Notes under the pieces: generated by a model
The model's database searches: none
Seen by the model: only the letters and a program-made list of their open reading frames with translations
What the model was told of the DNA's origin: nothing
Position numbers and translations under genes: made by a program
Source: Podarcis muralis
Lineage: Eukaryota
Direction of reading: 5' to 3'
Assembly: GCF_964188315.1 (NCBI RefSeq)
Contig: NC_135657.1
Span: 99,448,001 to 99,512,000, forward strand
DNA: 64,000 bases
Part shown: positions 36,822-48,832 of the stretch, piece by piece
Position numbering within the stretch: the first letter of the stretch is position 1
How the letters are laid out: every line of letters begins with the position of its first letter

Positions 36822-37168
36822 AGGGTAAAGGTACCCCTGACCATTAGGTCCAGTCGTGGCCGACTCTGGGGTTGCGGCGCTCATCTCGCTTTATTGGCCG
36901 AGGGAACCGGCATACAGCTTCCGGGTCATGTGGCCAGCATGACTAAGCCGCTTCTGGCAAACCAGAGCAGCACACGGAAATGCCGTTTACCTTCCCGCTG
37001 GAGCGGTACCTATTTATCTACTTGCACTTTGACGTGCTTTCGAACTGCTAGGTAGGTAGGAGCAGGGACTGAGCAACAGGAGCTCACCCCATCGGGATTC
37101 GAACCACCGACCTTCTGATCGGCAAGTCCTAGGTTCTGTGGTTTAACCCACAGCACCACCCGCATCCC
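36822..37168 (-). mobile_element. Sauria SINE, second subfamily
   Basis: Reverse complement of the 14020-type copy; flanked by AGCATATAACATAA / AGCATATAATATAA. Confidence 0.92.
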
Positions 37169-37184
37169 ATAGCATATAATATAA

Positions 37185-37544
37185 GGTAAAGGTAAAGGTA
37201 CCCCTGCCCGTACGGGCCAGTCTTGACAGACTCTAGGGTTGTGCGCTCATCTCACTCTATAGGCCGGGAGCCAGCGCTGTCCGCAGACACTTCCGGGTCA
37301 CGTGGCCAGCGTGACAAGCTGCATCTGGCGAGCCAGCGCAGCACACGGAACGCCGTTTACCTTCCCGCTGGTAAGCGGTCCCTATTTATCTACTTGCACC
37401 CGGGGGTGCTTTCGAACTGCTAGGTTGGCAGGTGCTGGGACCGAACGACGGGAGCGCACCCCGCCGCGGGGATTCGAACCGCTGACCTTTCGATCGGCAA
37501 GTCCTAGGTGCTGAGGCTTTTACCCACAGCGCCACCCGCGTCCC
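37185..37544 (-). mobile_element. Sauria SINE, young subfamily, tandem with the previous copy
   Basis: Reverse complement of the 8386-type copy; TSD TAGCATATAATATAA (37170-37184 / 37545-37559). Confidence 0.93.
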
Positions 37545-38301
37545 TAGCATATAATATAAATGCATTCAAATGGCCATTGTATTTGAAAAACCTCTAAGAA
37601 AACTTCTGCAGAGCTGACTTTAGCCATGTCCTATTCTCTCCTCTGCCTCATTTGTTCGAAGCCTTTCAGATTGTTTACCTTTTAGATCTGGTTCATAAAT
37701 TTGGTTTCCTTAAAATACAAGGTTGCTTCCAGCTTTTTAATTGTTTTTCCACACTCCTCTGATAGTTGACACTTTTAGAAGCGCTCCCCCCCCCCCCGAC
37801 ACTGGCACGTGTTCAGGATTTTATTTTTCCCCCCACATCGGTGCTGAGGCAAACACAGCTTGTTTACTTGTTTGTGCACTAACTTAGGAGATAACATCAG
37901 CAGAAGCACGCAGAGTTTTGGAAATATGCTTAACAGGCTATCTTTAGGCCTTTGAGGACTGTATTGTCCTGTATAGGGCATGGTGGTTTTGCTTAAAGAA
38001 GAAGAAGAAAACATTCTGAATTGATTCTGTGTTTATTATGTTTGCATAACTATATTTATAATTATTTGTAAATACAAATGGACCTGCAATAAAATATGTG
38101 CAGTGAAGAGTGCAGCAGTTCAGCTAGCCATGCCTTATTTCAGTCGTTCCCCCCACCCCCGTTTTCTTTCTTCTTCCAACAACCAGTCAGTATGCTCAGT
38201 CCCCATTGGGCTGCTGGGATTCCCTTTTTCTTCTTCTTTTTGTGCTTCTGAAAAATATGCATGCCAATACTGTCTTCGTGTGTGTGGATGGTACTGTTTT
38301 A

Positions 38302-38663
38302 AGGTAAAGGTAAAGGTACCCCTGCCCGTACGGGCCAGTCTTGACAGACTCTAGGGTTGTGCGCCCATCTCACTCAAGAGGCCAGGGGCCAGCGCTGTCC
38401 GGAGACACTTCCAGGTCACGTGGCCAGCGTGACATCGCTGCTCTGGCGAGCCAGAGCCGCACACGGAAACGCCGTTTACCTTCCCGCTAGTAAGCGGTCC
38501 CTATTTACCTAGTTGCACCCGGGAGTGCTTTCGGACTGCTAGGTTGGCAAGCGCTGGGACCGAACGACAGGAGCTCACCCCACCGCGGGGATTCGAACCG
38601 CCGACCTTTCGATCGGCAAGCCCTAGGCGCTGAGGCTTTTACCCACAGCGCCACCCGCGTCCC
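38302..38663 (-). mobile_element. Sauria SINE, young subfamily
   Basis: Full length on -; TSD TG(G/C)TACTGTTTTA. Confidence 0.92.
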
Positions 38664-39538
38664 TTGCTACTGTTTTAGCTACATTAAATAAACTCCACAC
38701 TTGGGGAATGAGTTTGCTTGCTGCTTTTTTTCAGCTGGAACTCAGTTCTGGCACCTCTCAGGTGGGCGCCATTGCCGTTCTGAGAGAACAAGGATGAGTT
38801 CCGGCACCTCTTTTTCTAGAAAAATAGCACTGAGTATATAGAATCATGGCAATTAATGATGGAGTAAAAGTTTGTTCATATCTTCTCAAGTTCTGAGGCC
38901 GTTAGCGATTAACAGCAAGTAGCATCCCTGTCACATTTTAAGCGTGTTACTTTCAATTCTGTGCATACAGCTTGGGAGATTTTGTGTAAAGTGTGGGAGC
39001 TAAACCTAATCAACCTCAGAGAAACCCCCTGGAATCGCAAAATCGGGGACTGTGAAGTGCTTTAGTTGGCGTTAGCTGGGTCCTCTTCATTGCTGGTGTC
39101 ACACAAGCTGGAAAAGACAGCCTCTGGCGCCTCAAAGGGTTAATTTAATTCAGATACTAGAGAGCAACCAAAATTGTCTTTGGCAAAAGTGAGTCCTCTG
39201 TGGTCACACTGTCATGGTGCCAGAGGCTTTGGCCTTGTGGGTGACCCGCAGGCTTGTCATTCTCAGAATTACTATGGTATGAGGTTCGACACACACACAG
39301 GAAAGCAGGCTAACCAAGTCTCACGCTGGTGCCAAGCTCAGAGTATCTTTGGCCCTCATCATTCCTTTCTTTCTTACCCACATGGATAGGCAACAAACTG
39401 GCCTAAGCCTACGCATACCTGTTATAATTATACTTTACACTTGGAAAGAATCTGAGGGTCATTGCGGAGGTGGGGGAAGGCTCACCAAAAAGGAAATTGT
39501 TTCTCACTGCAGCAACTAGCGTCTTCTACTCCACTTAC

Positions 39539-39771
39539 GGTTTGGTGTAGAAATCATAGAGAACAGGCTCTGCACAGTCTCCCTCAGATCGTGTTGCTGT
39601 TTTTGCAGGAACGAGTTGTTGGCTGTGGCCGTGGCCAGCTGTTTTTCTAGTTCTTCTATTGTGGAGTTCTGTCTGGACACGAGTGACTGGAGCTTATCTT
39701 TCTCATCTCTAATCGACTGTAACTGGGACGTATGCTTGTCTTCTATATCAATAACTTTTTTTTCCAGAAAG
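39539..39771 (-). CDS. ANGPT2: Angiopoietin-2 exon 4 (233 bp, coiled coil)
   Basis: tttAG|C TTT CTG GAA ... AAC C|GTaagt. FLEKKVIDIEDKHTSQLQSIRDEKDKLQSLVSRQNSTIEELEKQLATATANNSFLQKQQHDLRETVQSLFSMISTPN. Confidence 0.97.
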
Positions 39772-40244
39772 CTAAAAAAATAAGAGGGGAAGAAAACACT
39801 GTTATTGGTTTAGTACTTTTACGTGGCTAAAGGGGGGTGGGGGGAGAGAAAACTGAGCCAGCTAAGGAACCACAAGTTTCCACTGTAGGTTCTGGTCACA
39901 AGTTACTTGCCATACAAAGTCTGGTGAGACACCCGAGTGCCTCTCCTGTTCCCCAGCTCCTAATAGTGATCAAAAGGCAAAGTCTTTTGCAAGCTTATAC
40001 CGTGGTTATTTGAACGTAGTACCTAATTCCCTGATCTGTTCTTTACAAATAGTAGTGGGTTTTGCGGTGGGAGGAGGCTCACAATGCCGTGTTTCAGAAC
40101 ATGAATGCATGATGCGAATTCAGCACAATATACACAACAGCCTTTTATTTTGGTCAACTCTGCAGCTTTTAATTTTGCTTAATTCTGCAACTTTGCATTA
40201 TTTACTCTGATTCTGACAGCATACTGTAAAAGAGAATCGGGATC

Positions 40245-40435
40245 TGTGAAGGCCACTAAAGCCCTACCCCAATGCAAATCTGATTCAACTGCCCCTCTGG
40301 CAGCTGAGATTCCAGCAGCCGTTGCAAACTTGCTTTCAAATGTGAAGGCCACTAAAGCCCTACCCCTAGCAAATCTGATTCAACTGCCCCTCTGGCAGCT
40401 GAGATTCCAGCAGCCGTTGCAAACTTGCTTTCAAA
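40245..40435. repeat. Tandem duplication, 96 + 95 bp
   Basis: TGTGAAGGCCACTAAAGCC...TTGCTTTCAAA occurs twice, differing only at CCCCAATGC vs CCCCTAGC. Confidence 0.95.
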
Positions 40436-42620
40436 TGCATCTTCAGAACGTTGACGCTACACGGTTTTAGAACTGGGCAGGGGGAATGAAATTTGAGATT
40501 CTCACGATGCTGAATTCCGCAATCAATGCCATGTTTGGTTTTGCTGTATATGCATAAATCAAGCAGTCCTGCTGTATATGTCCTGCCCTGAAGACACCAT
40601 ATTCAAATAACTGCTGTTCAGCATCGATCGCGTGCATTAGAAGCTGTGTTGGATCAGCAGACCAGATTTCATTTTCCACTTCTCCTATGTACGCTGAGAA
40701 AATCTTTCACAACTCAGGACCCATAGTATACTTGTTCTAGCAAAGGACAAGTGTGTTCAAGTGCTATTCCTGCACTTGCCGCAATAAATCACATTGTAAT
40801 AGTGAACCCATATTTTCTTTGCTCCCCTTGAGTAAAGTATCTTGTTTGCATAAAACAAACCTTGCAGGAGCATGCACAAATATAGCAAGGGAGTGAAGAC
40901 AAATATGAAAACATGCCCTTTCCCTTCAGCACTCATGTTTACCAGAAAGGAAAAGTCCTTTCAGCATAGGACTTCAACTGAATCATACAGCTTGGCTCAT
41001 TTTACATTCAACCCCACATTGTACTGTTACAGGCACAGGATGGCAACCCTATGATTCGAAACATATTTCATCTTCACTTCAGAAAACAATTCCCCTTTCT
41101 CTGTAATATAGCTGTTGACACATCAGCCTCTCCCTGTGAGGACTGTTAAGCCGAACAGATGGGCTGATTATGCATTTACTATTGAAAAATTGTGTCGGTA
41201 GCAGATTACAATCCAGTTTGGAGAACAGTAAGGTTGATTTCTCTTCCATGTGAGACTATAGCCAACTGCAGATCACGCATGAGGCTTATGGAGTAAGCAA
41301 AGTTCACAGTTCCCCCTCTTTTTTCCAGCTAGCCTGGTGATCCCAGCTCAGCAAGAAATGTTAACAGTTCTGTTGGCCAGCTGTCATTCAAAATGTTCTG
41401 GGTAAACAAAAAGAGCCTCAAAGTCCTTTGATGTTGTACGCTGAGTATGGATGCAAGCAGGGATCATGTCTGGCTCTCAATTAATACAAAAGGAAGCCAA
41501 GAGTGGAATCAAATACTTATCTCTTTGGTGGTTTGAAAATCACAGTAACATTTTTGCGGCATCCAGCGCAGCTGGGCAGCCAGATTTTGCCTGGCAATCA
41601 AATAAGCGTTCTCATTAGGAATGAAGGGTGAGTTCCCCCCCTTTTGGTGGGGGAAATGGTAAATAAAGGATATTTCAAATCCACCATCTTGTCACGCCAG
41701 GTAGGTTTAGAATATGGCTCTAGCGAAAGACACACAGACAAGAGATGGATTGTTTTGTCCTCTGATAGGCAGGAACTCATTCCCATTATATTCCTTGGTA
41801 TGATCAAGTGGGTGAGATACAACTTGGCACCTTTTGCTAAATAAATAAAACTGCCTTCTGAGTGGGAAAGTCAATGGGATGCCTTTAATGAGCTCAAGAG
41901 CTGATAGTCATTCCTCAGGTTTAAAGGAATTACACATGTAAGCTAGGTTGGCATCCATTGATTGCTTATTATTCTCTTACAGCTCCCATTACCAACCTGC
42001 CCCCCCCCCCCTGCAAATTTTTTTAGACTGCAACTCCCATCACTTCAGCCAGCACAACAGTGGAAAGCTAGGGGTGATGGGGCTTGTAGTCCAAAATATA
42101 TTGATTGGTGAAGGCCATCTTTACAGTATTGCTGAAGTGACTAATCTGCGGAGCTATTCTCCTTTTCCAAATCGCATATCAGTTTTTGTTATTTGCTTAT
42201 CTATAGGTAGGAGGAAAAGTGGGGTGTCCTAAAGAGGACTATAGTGAAGGTGAAGACTAAAAGCTACAGAGCTTTTGCAAGCAGGAGAAAACTTAGATCT
42301 TATTTTAAATGATGGTTATTTTCATTTCTTCGACAGGACCTATGTGCATGTCATTTTTATTCTATATAGGGCACACATGGTCTTGGGAATGAAGAATGCG
42401 GCCCCATAACTTCTGGCACATTTCAAATTCCATGCATACAGATAATATTTCCTGGTGTTAAGAAAGTCATCTCCATTTCTGTTCATTGAAACAAAAGGCT
42501 TGATGCTCATTTGAAATATCCTGAGGTCATTTCAATTCGTCATCTCATTATAGATTTCCCTGCTGGGAAGAAAGCACATTTGAGAACAATAATACATTAC
42601 CAGATAGGAAGAGTTATTAC

Positions 42621-42742
42621 CTGTTTTTTTCTTGCAGTTTTCCTATCTCGCTGGTCTGATCTGAAATCTGCCTTTCCAGTTTGATAGTTGAAATTGAATG
42701 TGCCTGAAGCTGAAGCTCAAGCCTTGTTGTCTGATTCAGTAC
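42621..42742 (-). CDS. ANGPT2: Angiopoietin-2 exon 3 (122 bp)
   Basis: tgtAG|GTA CTG AAT ... AAC AG|GTaata. VLNQTTRLELQLQAHSISTIKLERQISDQTSEIGKLQEKN. Confidence 0.97.
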
Positions 42743-45679
42743 CTACATTTTGAGAAATGCAATTTTGGATCATGTTTGAGATAATTCAGAATAATTTACA
42801 AATTAATCCCGTCCTAAAATACCTAGACTATCATCACTATTTACCTGAATGAAAGGAAAACAAAAACCTCTTGAAGGTTTGATAAAATGTAAGTGACATT
42901 TACTTATGTCTATGTTTGCAGAAGACAAGTTGCAATATATGTGGGCTGTATCAGTCTTGTGTGTCATGACCGAACTGTTCCCAGTTTTATGAATGACCAA
43001 AGGCATCCACAGTTGTAGCCTCCTGGATGTGACAGCCACTTTGTGGATGTGGTGGTGATTTTCTAAGTTGCCACACTGACTGGAGTCACTTCTAGGTCAC
43101 TGTGGGTGTACCTGCAGATAGGTTTGTTTTTCTTTCTTGATTAATCATTCCATGGTTCCAGGTCAGTATGATATCTGCTGCTTATTCTTGAAGTCTCAAG
43201 AACAACATCTGTTTTTAAGAATGAGGCAGCAAAATTGTCACATGGACAGTTGCTTAGCATTCCATTCTGCTGCATGCTCCTCATTGTGTTTTAAAATAAC
43301 TCTTTTAATTCATCAGAATTTGGCTTCAGTTGGCAGGAGGAATTTATTACTCACATCCTTCATGTTGAATGGTCATTGAGGACATGTTTTCACACTTAAG
43401 GGTATTTCCAAATTGTTGCAGAGGAATTCATTCATTAATTAGAAGATATTACACACCCACCCACCCACACACACACACACACACTGCCCTTTATCATATC
43501 AAGTTCCGAGGTAACAGACAACACAAAATATTAAGAAAAGAGAAGATGTAACTTCAAAACGTTCCAAAACTTGCACAATTAATTCACTAAAGTCTATTAA
43601 AATGCCTCAGAAAATCAAAATGATTTTGCCTGGTACCTAAATTAAAGCCATGTTGGTGCCAGTGATCTTCTTGAGGGGACATTCTATCACTGAGGATACA
43701 CTGCCAAGGAAACCCTCTTCCTTAGTAATAATATTTGTCCCTCTGGTGAAAGAGGAACATAGGAAGGGCTTCTGTAGACTATCTTAAAGAGCAGCAACAG
43801 GTTGAAATGAAACACACACACACACTCCTGAAATTTGGGCCCCATACCATTTTGAATTTTAAAGTAGGAACCAACACCTTCAATTGGGCCCAAAAATAAA
43901 CTGACAGCCAGTTCTGTTAAAACTGCTGTGATATGGGTAAATTAGGCCGCACTAGTCAATATTCCGGCAATCTATTCTTACTGAGGCTCCTGAAGCTTCT
44001 GAGAACTGTCTCCAAGAGCAACTCCACAAATCACACATTGTAGTAAACCATTTGGGAGATAACCAGAGCGTGGATCACTGTGGCCAGAACTAGCGTCTTT
44101 GAAAGAGTAGTTATTTACTTAATCCTCTTACGTTGTTAATTAAACCCAGTACAAACCCAGTCACCAGCACAAATATTCAGCTTCTGAGCTAATGCTGACT
44201 ATAAAAGCATCCTTCAGACATGTAAGTTTGCAGTAGTATGACATTGCACATGGTTTGAAACTGATTCACATGACTTTTCGGAAGCAGTCAAACAAATGTT
44301 TCATTGACTCTGCTACTCACACTTTTGACCTTGGACCACTTTGGACATGAAAAATGGAATAAATCGGGGATGATTTAGTATTGTTCTGAAGTAGAAATTT
44401 AAGTGTTTCCGTCTTTATAGGAAGCAACATTACAGTGCAAATATAGTAGTGATCTGAGAGTCATTGTGTAGCAGAACCCTTTCCCTGGTGTACGTAGTTT
44501 ACCACATATGGTGAACTACTGCATTGGAAGATCTTTTGAAAATATAACCCCACACCGTGAATCTGAAGTGGTGCATTCCAGAATTTTGACACCTAGTTTT
44601 TGGACCTGTATAGAATACTTTTGGTTTTTATACTAACCAATCGTTATGTGCTAACGCTAGGTTTTCTTCCCCAACCACCCTTCACTTCAGTTTAAAAGTC
44701 TGGAAAATAACTGTAACTATACACAAGCTCCTCTCGAAAGCTTACTTAGCTTATTCTAAGAATTTAAGGAGTTCTGAAATGAATTTATTATTTCAAAACA
44801 TCTATATTGTTTTTTCTGTGAATATAATAGTTTGCGGTTACTCCATAATAACCATATTTTTGGATGAGATCTGACTTGAAATCTAAAATGAAGAGCAATT
44901 TTTGTTGTTGTTCCAATCTGAGTATGGGAATGTCTCTGTTCCCCACAATTGATTTGGGACTTCAACAACAACTTGAAAAAAATGTGACAATTTATTTTTC
45001 TTTGTAGCTTCCTGTTACTCCCTAACCTTTCTCCCACTCAGTTCAATCTTTTGATTTATCCTGCAACTAAATTATAACCATTGAAATGCTCAGGCTTATC
45101 CAAGTTCCATTGCAGACTATGCCTTGCATAAGGGGTGCATAACTTAGGTCACTCCAAGTTTTTGCAGCCTGAGTGCTGCAAATTGGACCCAGCTCTGAAT
45201 TTTGATGCTAGTTCGGATCAGAACTTCTCGGTTTCAAACATTAGTTTGACCACTGTGCTGGTGAATAGGAATAACAGTAACTTTCTTGAAACACTTTGCA
45301 AATTAGAGTGCTATGTAAACAGCAAGCCTCCATCAGCAGTATACTTTTAAAGCAGTATCATACCATGTTAAACAGTCATAGCTTCCCTCAAAGAATTCTA
45401 GGTGCTGGGAGTTGCAAGGAGACCAGTTTCCCCTCACAGAGCCATAGATCATTATGGATTCTCATAATTTTTATAAGAGATCCCCTCAACAATTCACAGG
45501 TCTCCCCTGTGTCCAGAAATGTGTTCTATGATTGGTTGGTTGCTTTGTTATTATGTGAAAAACACAAAGATCCACGAAGATTTGTGATTAAGATCAGGAT
45601 TTTTGTGGTGCTGTCAAGCGTTGGAGCTATGATTTATACTGTGCAGTCTACCAGTGTAAGTTTTAATTGACTGATTAGT

Positions 45680-45906
45680 AGGGATGGGTGATAATATTGT
45701 CCAAAAGTGGTTTGAAATGTATATCGTGATATCGGTTTCATAATTTTTGACCTGGCAATATATCGTGAATCATGATGTTTGTTTGCCTTGCAAAAATCAT
45801 AATGTTAGGAAAAAATCTGAAGCCAGCCAATGTCTTTACATACTTCTATCCTTAGTTCAGACATTGTGATACATCACAATGTTGGAAACCAAATATTGCC
45901 CAGTCT
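45680..45906. mobile_element. Degenerate DNA-transposon remnant (hAT-like)
   Basis: AGGGATGGGTGATAATATT ... AATATTGCCCAGTCT imperfect TIRs and internal ATATCGTG motifs. Confidence 0.45.
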
Positions 45907-45977
45907 GACTTAAAGCATACAATATAGGGCACACGAGTCCTTTGAGTTCAGCTTCAGCTTGAACGACAGGTACTTAC

Positions 45978-46133
45978 ATGTGCTTCAACATCTGTTAATT
46001 TGCGGGTCTGTTCAGCGGTTTGATTTAGCAGATTCGTGCCTATTTCAATCATGACCGCCGTCTGGTTCTGCACTGCATTCTGCTGGATCTCCACCATTTC
46101 TTTTTTCATGTTATCCTGAATGTAGCTTTCGAG
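45978..46133 (-). CDS. ANGPT2: Angiopoietin-2 exon 2 (156 bp, phase 0-0)
   Basis: tgcAG|CTC GAA AGC ... GCA CAT|GTaagt. LESYIQDNMKKEMVEIQQNAVQNQTAVMIEIGTNLLNQTAEQTRKLTDVEAH. Confidence 0.98.
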
Positions 46134-46143
46134 CTGCATGTCG

Positions 46144-46164
46144 GAAGAAGAAGAAGAAGAAGAA
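46144..46164. repeat. (GAA)7 microsatellite, read as (TTC)7 upstream of the ANGPT2 exon 2 acceptor
   Basis: Seen directly, 11-31 nt upstream of the exon start on the - strand. Confidence 0.9.
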
Positions 46165-48632
46165 CGTTTTATGTTCATGTGCTGTTTTGTTTATTTATAA
46201 ACATGATTCTGGAGAGATTGCTAAGCGTTTCTTAAATTACAGATGTTTCCCCTCCGTTTCGTGGGAGTGGGGGCGAGAGAGTTTAACAGGCGAAACAAAA
46301 TGGGGAAGCCTCTTACAAAGAGATCAGCATCTGGAGATGCCTGAGCCAGCTCTGCCATTACGAATGGGGAGCCAGTCCACTCAGGCAGCAGGTGCTGGTG
46401 TGCGCAAGACAACTGCAGGCCCACACTGTTCCCAAGGCCCCCTTGCACACCCACTGACAGCCTGTTGTTTTAGGTGGATGCCGTCTTGTTACCAGTGATG
46501 AGGTCATATGCAGCTACCAGTCCAATTGAGTCCTGTATGTAGACAGTGGGCCACCATTTTGTCTTTGCCTCAAGCAGCAAAATATATTCGACTGTCCCTG
46601 CTAATAGTAACTGCCTGTAGTCAATGTAGAGACAGGGGGGATATGAAAGGAGCATTTCATTTGACCCTGGGACTTGTCAGCAGTTAACTAGCCAGGTATT
46701 CTAATCCACTCCACCTTCACAATAACCATCCAGTGAAAACTAGTCACTACCCACCCAGAGTTGTAAGCAACAAGCTGGTGTCGAGTGAGAAAGGGAGAAT
46801 TTTGTTACACATCCCATCTGTCTCTATGCTCCCGTATCTCTGCCTGGTAAACACCACTGTCACTGTTTTGTCACAACCGCCCCTTATTGAGAAAATGTTG
46901 GACTTTCAATTCGTTGGGGTGCCTTTCTCTTTGATTTTCTTTTTAAAAATGTGCTTATGCCTCAGCCTGAACTAGAGCTTTCCAGAATTCTTTGGTCTCC
47001 AGAAATTCAATATCTCCACGGAAGGGGAAACATCTTTAATCTCGTGTGCATGCCTGTAAGTGCACAGATTATGGATGCAAGACAAGCATCATCAATTTAA
47101 TGAAAGAATAAGTAACCTGTGTTTCAGAAGCTTAGGCTCTTTTACAGTTAATACATGAGGCAGCAGGTGGTAAAGAAGGGTTTGGTCAGGTGCTGGTGCT
47201 CAGTCTGGGGATAGAGTTGCAAATGTACATGTACATATTCACCTGTGTGTTGCTGGAAAGAGTGCATTGCTCACACACTTTGAGAAGTTTAGTAACTGGC
47301 TTTTGATATACGGCTGCTTCCACCCATTGTCACCTCTGGTGGCCCTGTGCTGGTGTTAGCAACAGTGGGAATTTTATTTAGATATCAGAGCAGCTTAGAC
47401 AAAGGCTTAGGAGTTTAGTCACCTTCCTGAACCGAGAGTTCAAATGTTTAAGAGCATCTTACACTTTCATTGTTAGGGATTAGACAAGAAGTCTGGTATG
47501 CTGTAACAATGCTGTTTGCACATTGTTGCTCAACTTTTAGACAAACAAAACATAAAAAGCAAGGGTGAGAAACGACGTCTTCCTCCTAGGGATGCCAAAA
47601 TAACAACTGTTTCGAAAGGCTCTCCGGGCACGTCGGCATAATAACTGTTTAGCAGATCTCACCAACCCCACAGTCCAAGGCTTTAATTAAGCTTTTTATC
47701 AAAAAGGAATAAAAATCCTTTTTTGTATTATGGATTAGCAAGTACAGTGACTTTGCTTAGACCTTAAAGTCTCTGAAAACTGATCCCCACACAAACACCA
47801 TTTTATGATTTCTGAGAGCTGTTTTAAGGTCTCTCCTGCCCCCAGCCAAGTTCTCAGCAGCTAGAAGCACTCTCATCTCTCACCATTCAATTCCCATCTC
47901 AAGCTAGTTATTCAGTAAAGTCTCATTCCTAATGGGAAATATTATGCTTAATTGTATCTCCTGACAATATTTTGTGGGCCATGACCTTTTCTTCTCTCTT
48001 CCTTCCCATGTTGCCATTATCTCCTTTGAGCTCCTCTAAATAGGAAACTGTTCTTTATGTATCATCTTATTCTAATGCCAGGGTATGCGGCAATGATGTA
48101 CAGTAGAAGTTTTTTTGCTATAAATCTCTGAATTGCATGGCTTTTATTTTGATTAAATTGGTTCTTGGGACTTACTCTTAAGCACGCAGTCCATCCTAAT
48201 AAGTCCTTTTTAGTGCTAAATTCATTTCCCTGGATGCCAGAAGATCATATATAATCACTTTTTCTTCTCTGAAACCCAGATATCGTAGTTGATATCTGAG
48301 CTTAATTTAGACAGCTAGTTACAACTTTCCATCTGAAGACCCTGCATTTTGTCATTTACTGTTTCTACAAAGCTTACCAATTGTTCACCACCCCAGTTTT
48401 GCTTAGCGGTAATTTATTGGCCTGTGAAAGTTGCCTTGTGGACTCAAGAAGGATGGGTCTCTTGTACTTTGTTACTTCCAGTTGAACTGCGAGAGGTGAC
48501 AGTGACTGGGGGAGTTCATCCCCAATTCAAAAGATTCGCCAGCTAATTTTCTGGGCGTTGCCTAACCTGAGGGAAATAGATGGCGTGGACTTGTGTCCTT
48601 TTTGGTTGTTCAATCAAAACTGTATGTATTAG

Positions 48633-48832
48633 TCTAAACTGGATGTTTCCTTTTATTTCCTTGCAACTGTAAGCAGTCCAGTCCCCATTCCCCTGAAAGT
48701 GTCGAGATGATGTCTTTAGAGAATTATATGCCACTCACCTTCTCTCAAAAGACATTATCTCGACACTTTGAGGGGAATGGGGACTGGACTGCTTACAGTT
48801 GCAAGGAAATAAAAGGAAACATACAGTTTAGA
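48633..48832. repeat. Long inverted repeat (85-bp arms, 3 mismatches)
   Basis: 48633-48717 is the reverse complement of 48748-48832; the ORF track shows the same peptide on both strands. Confidence 0.95.
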
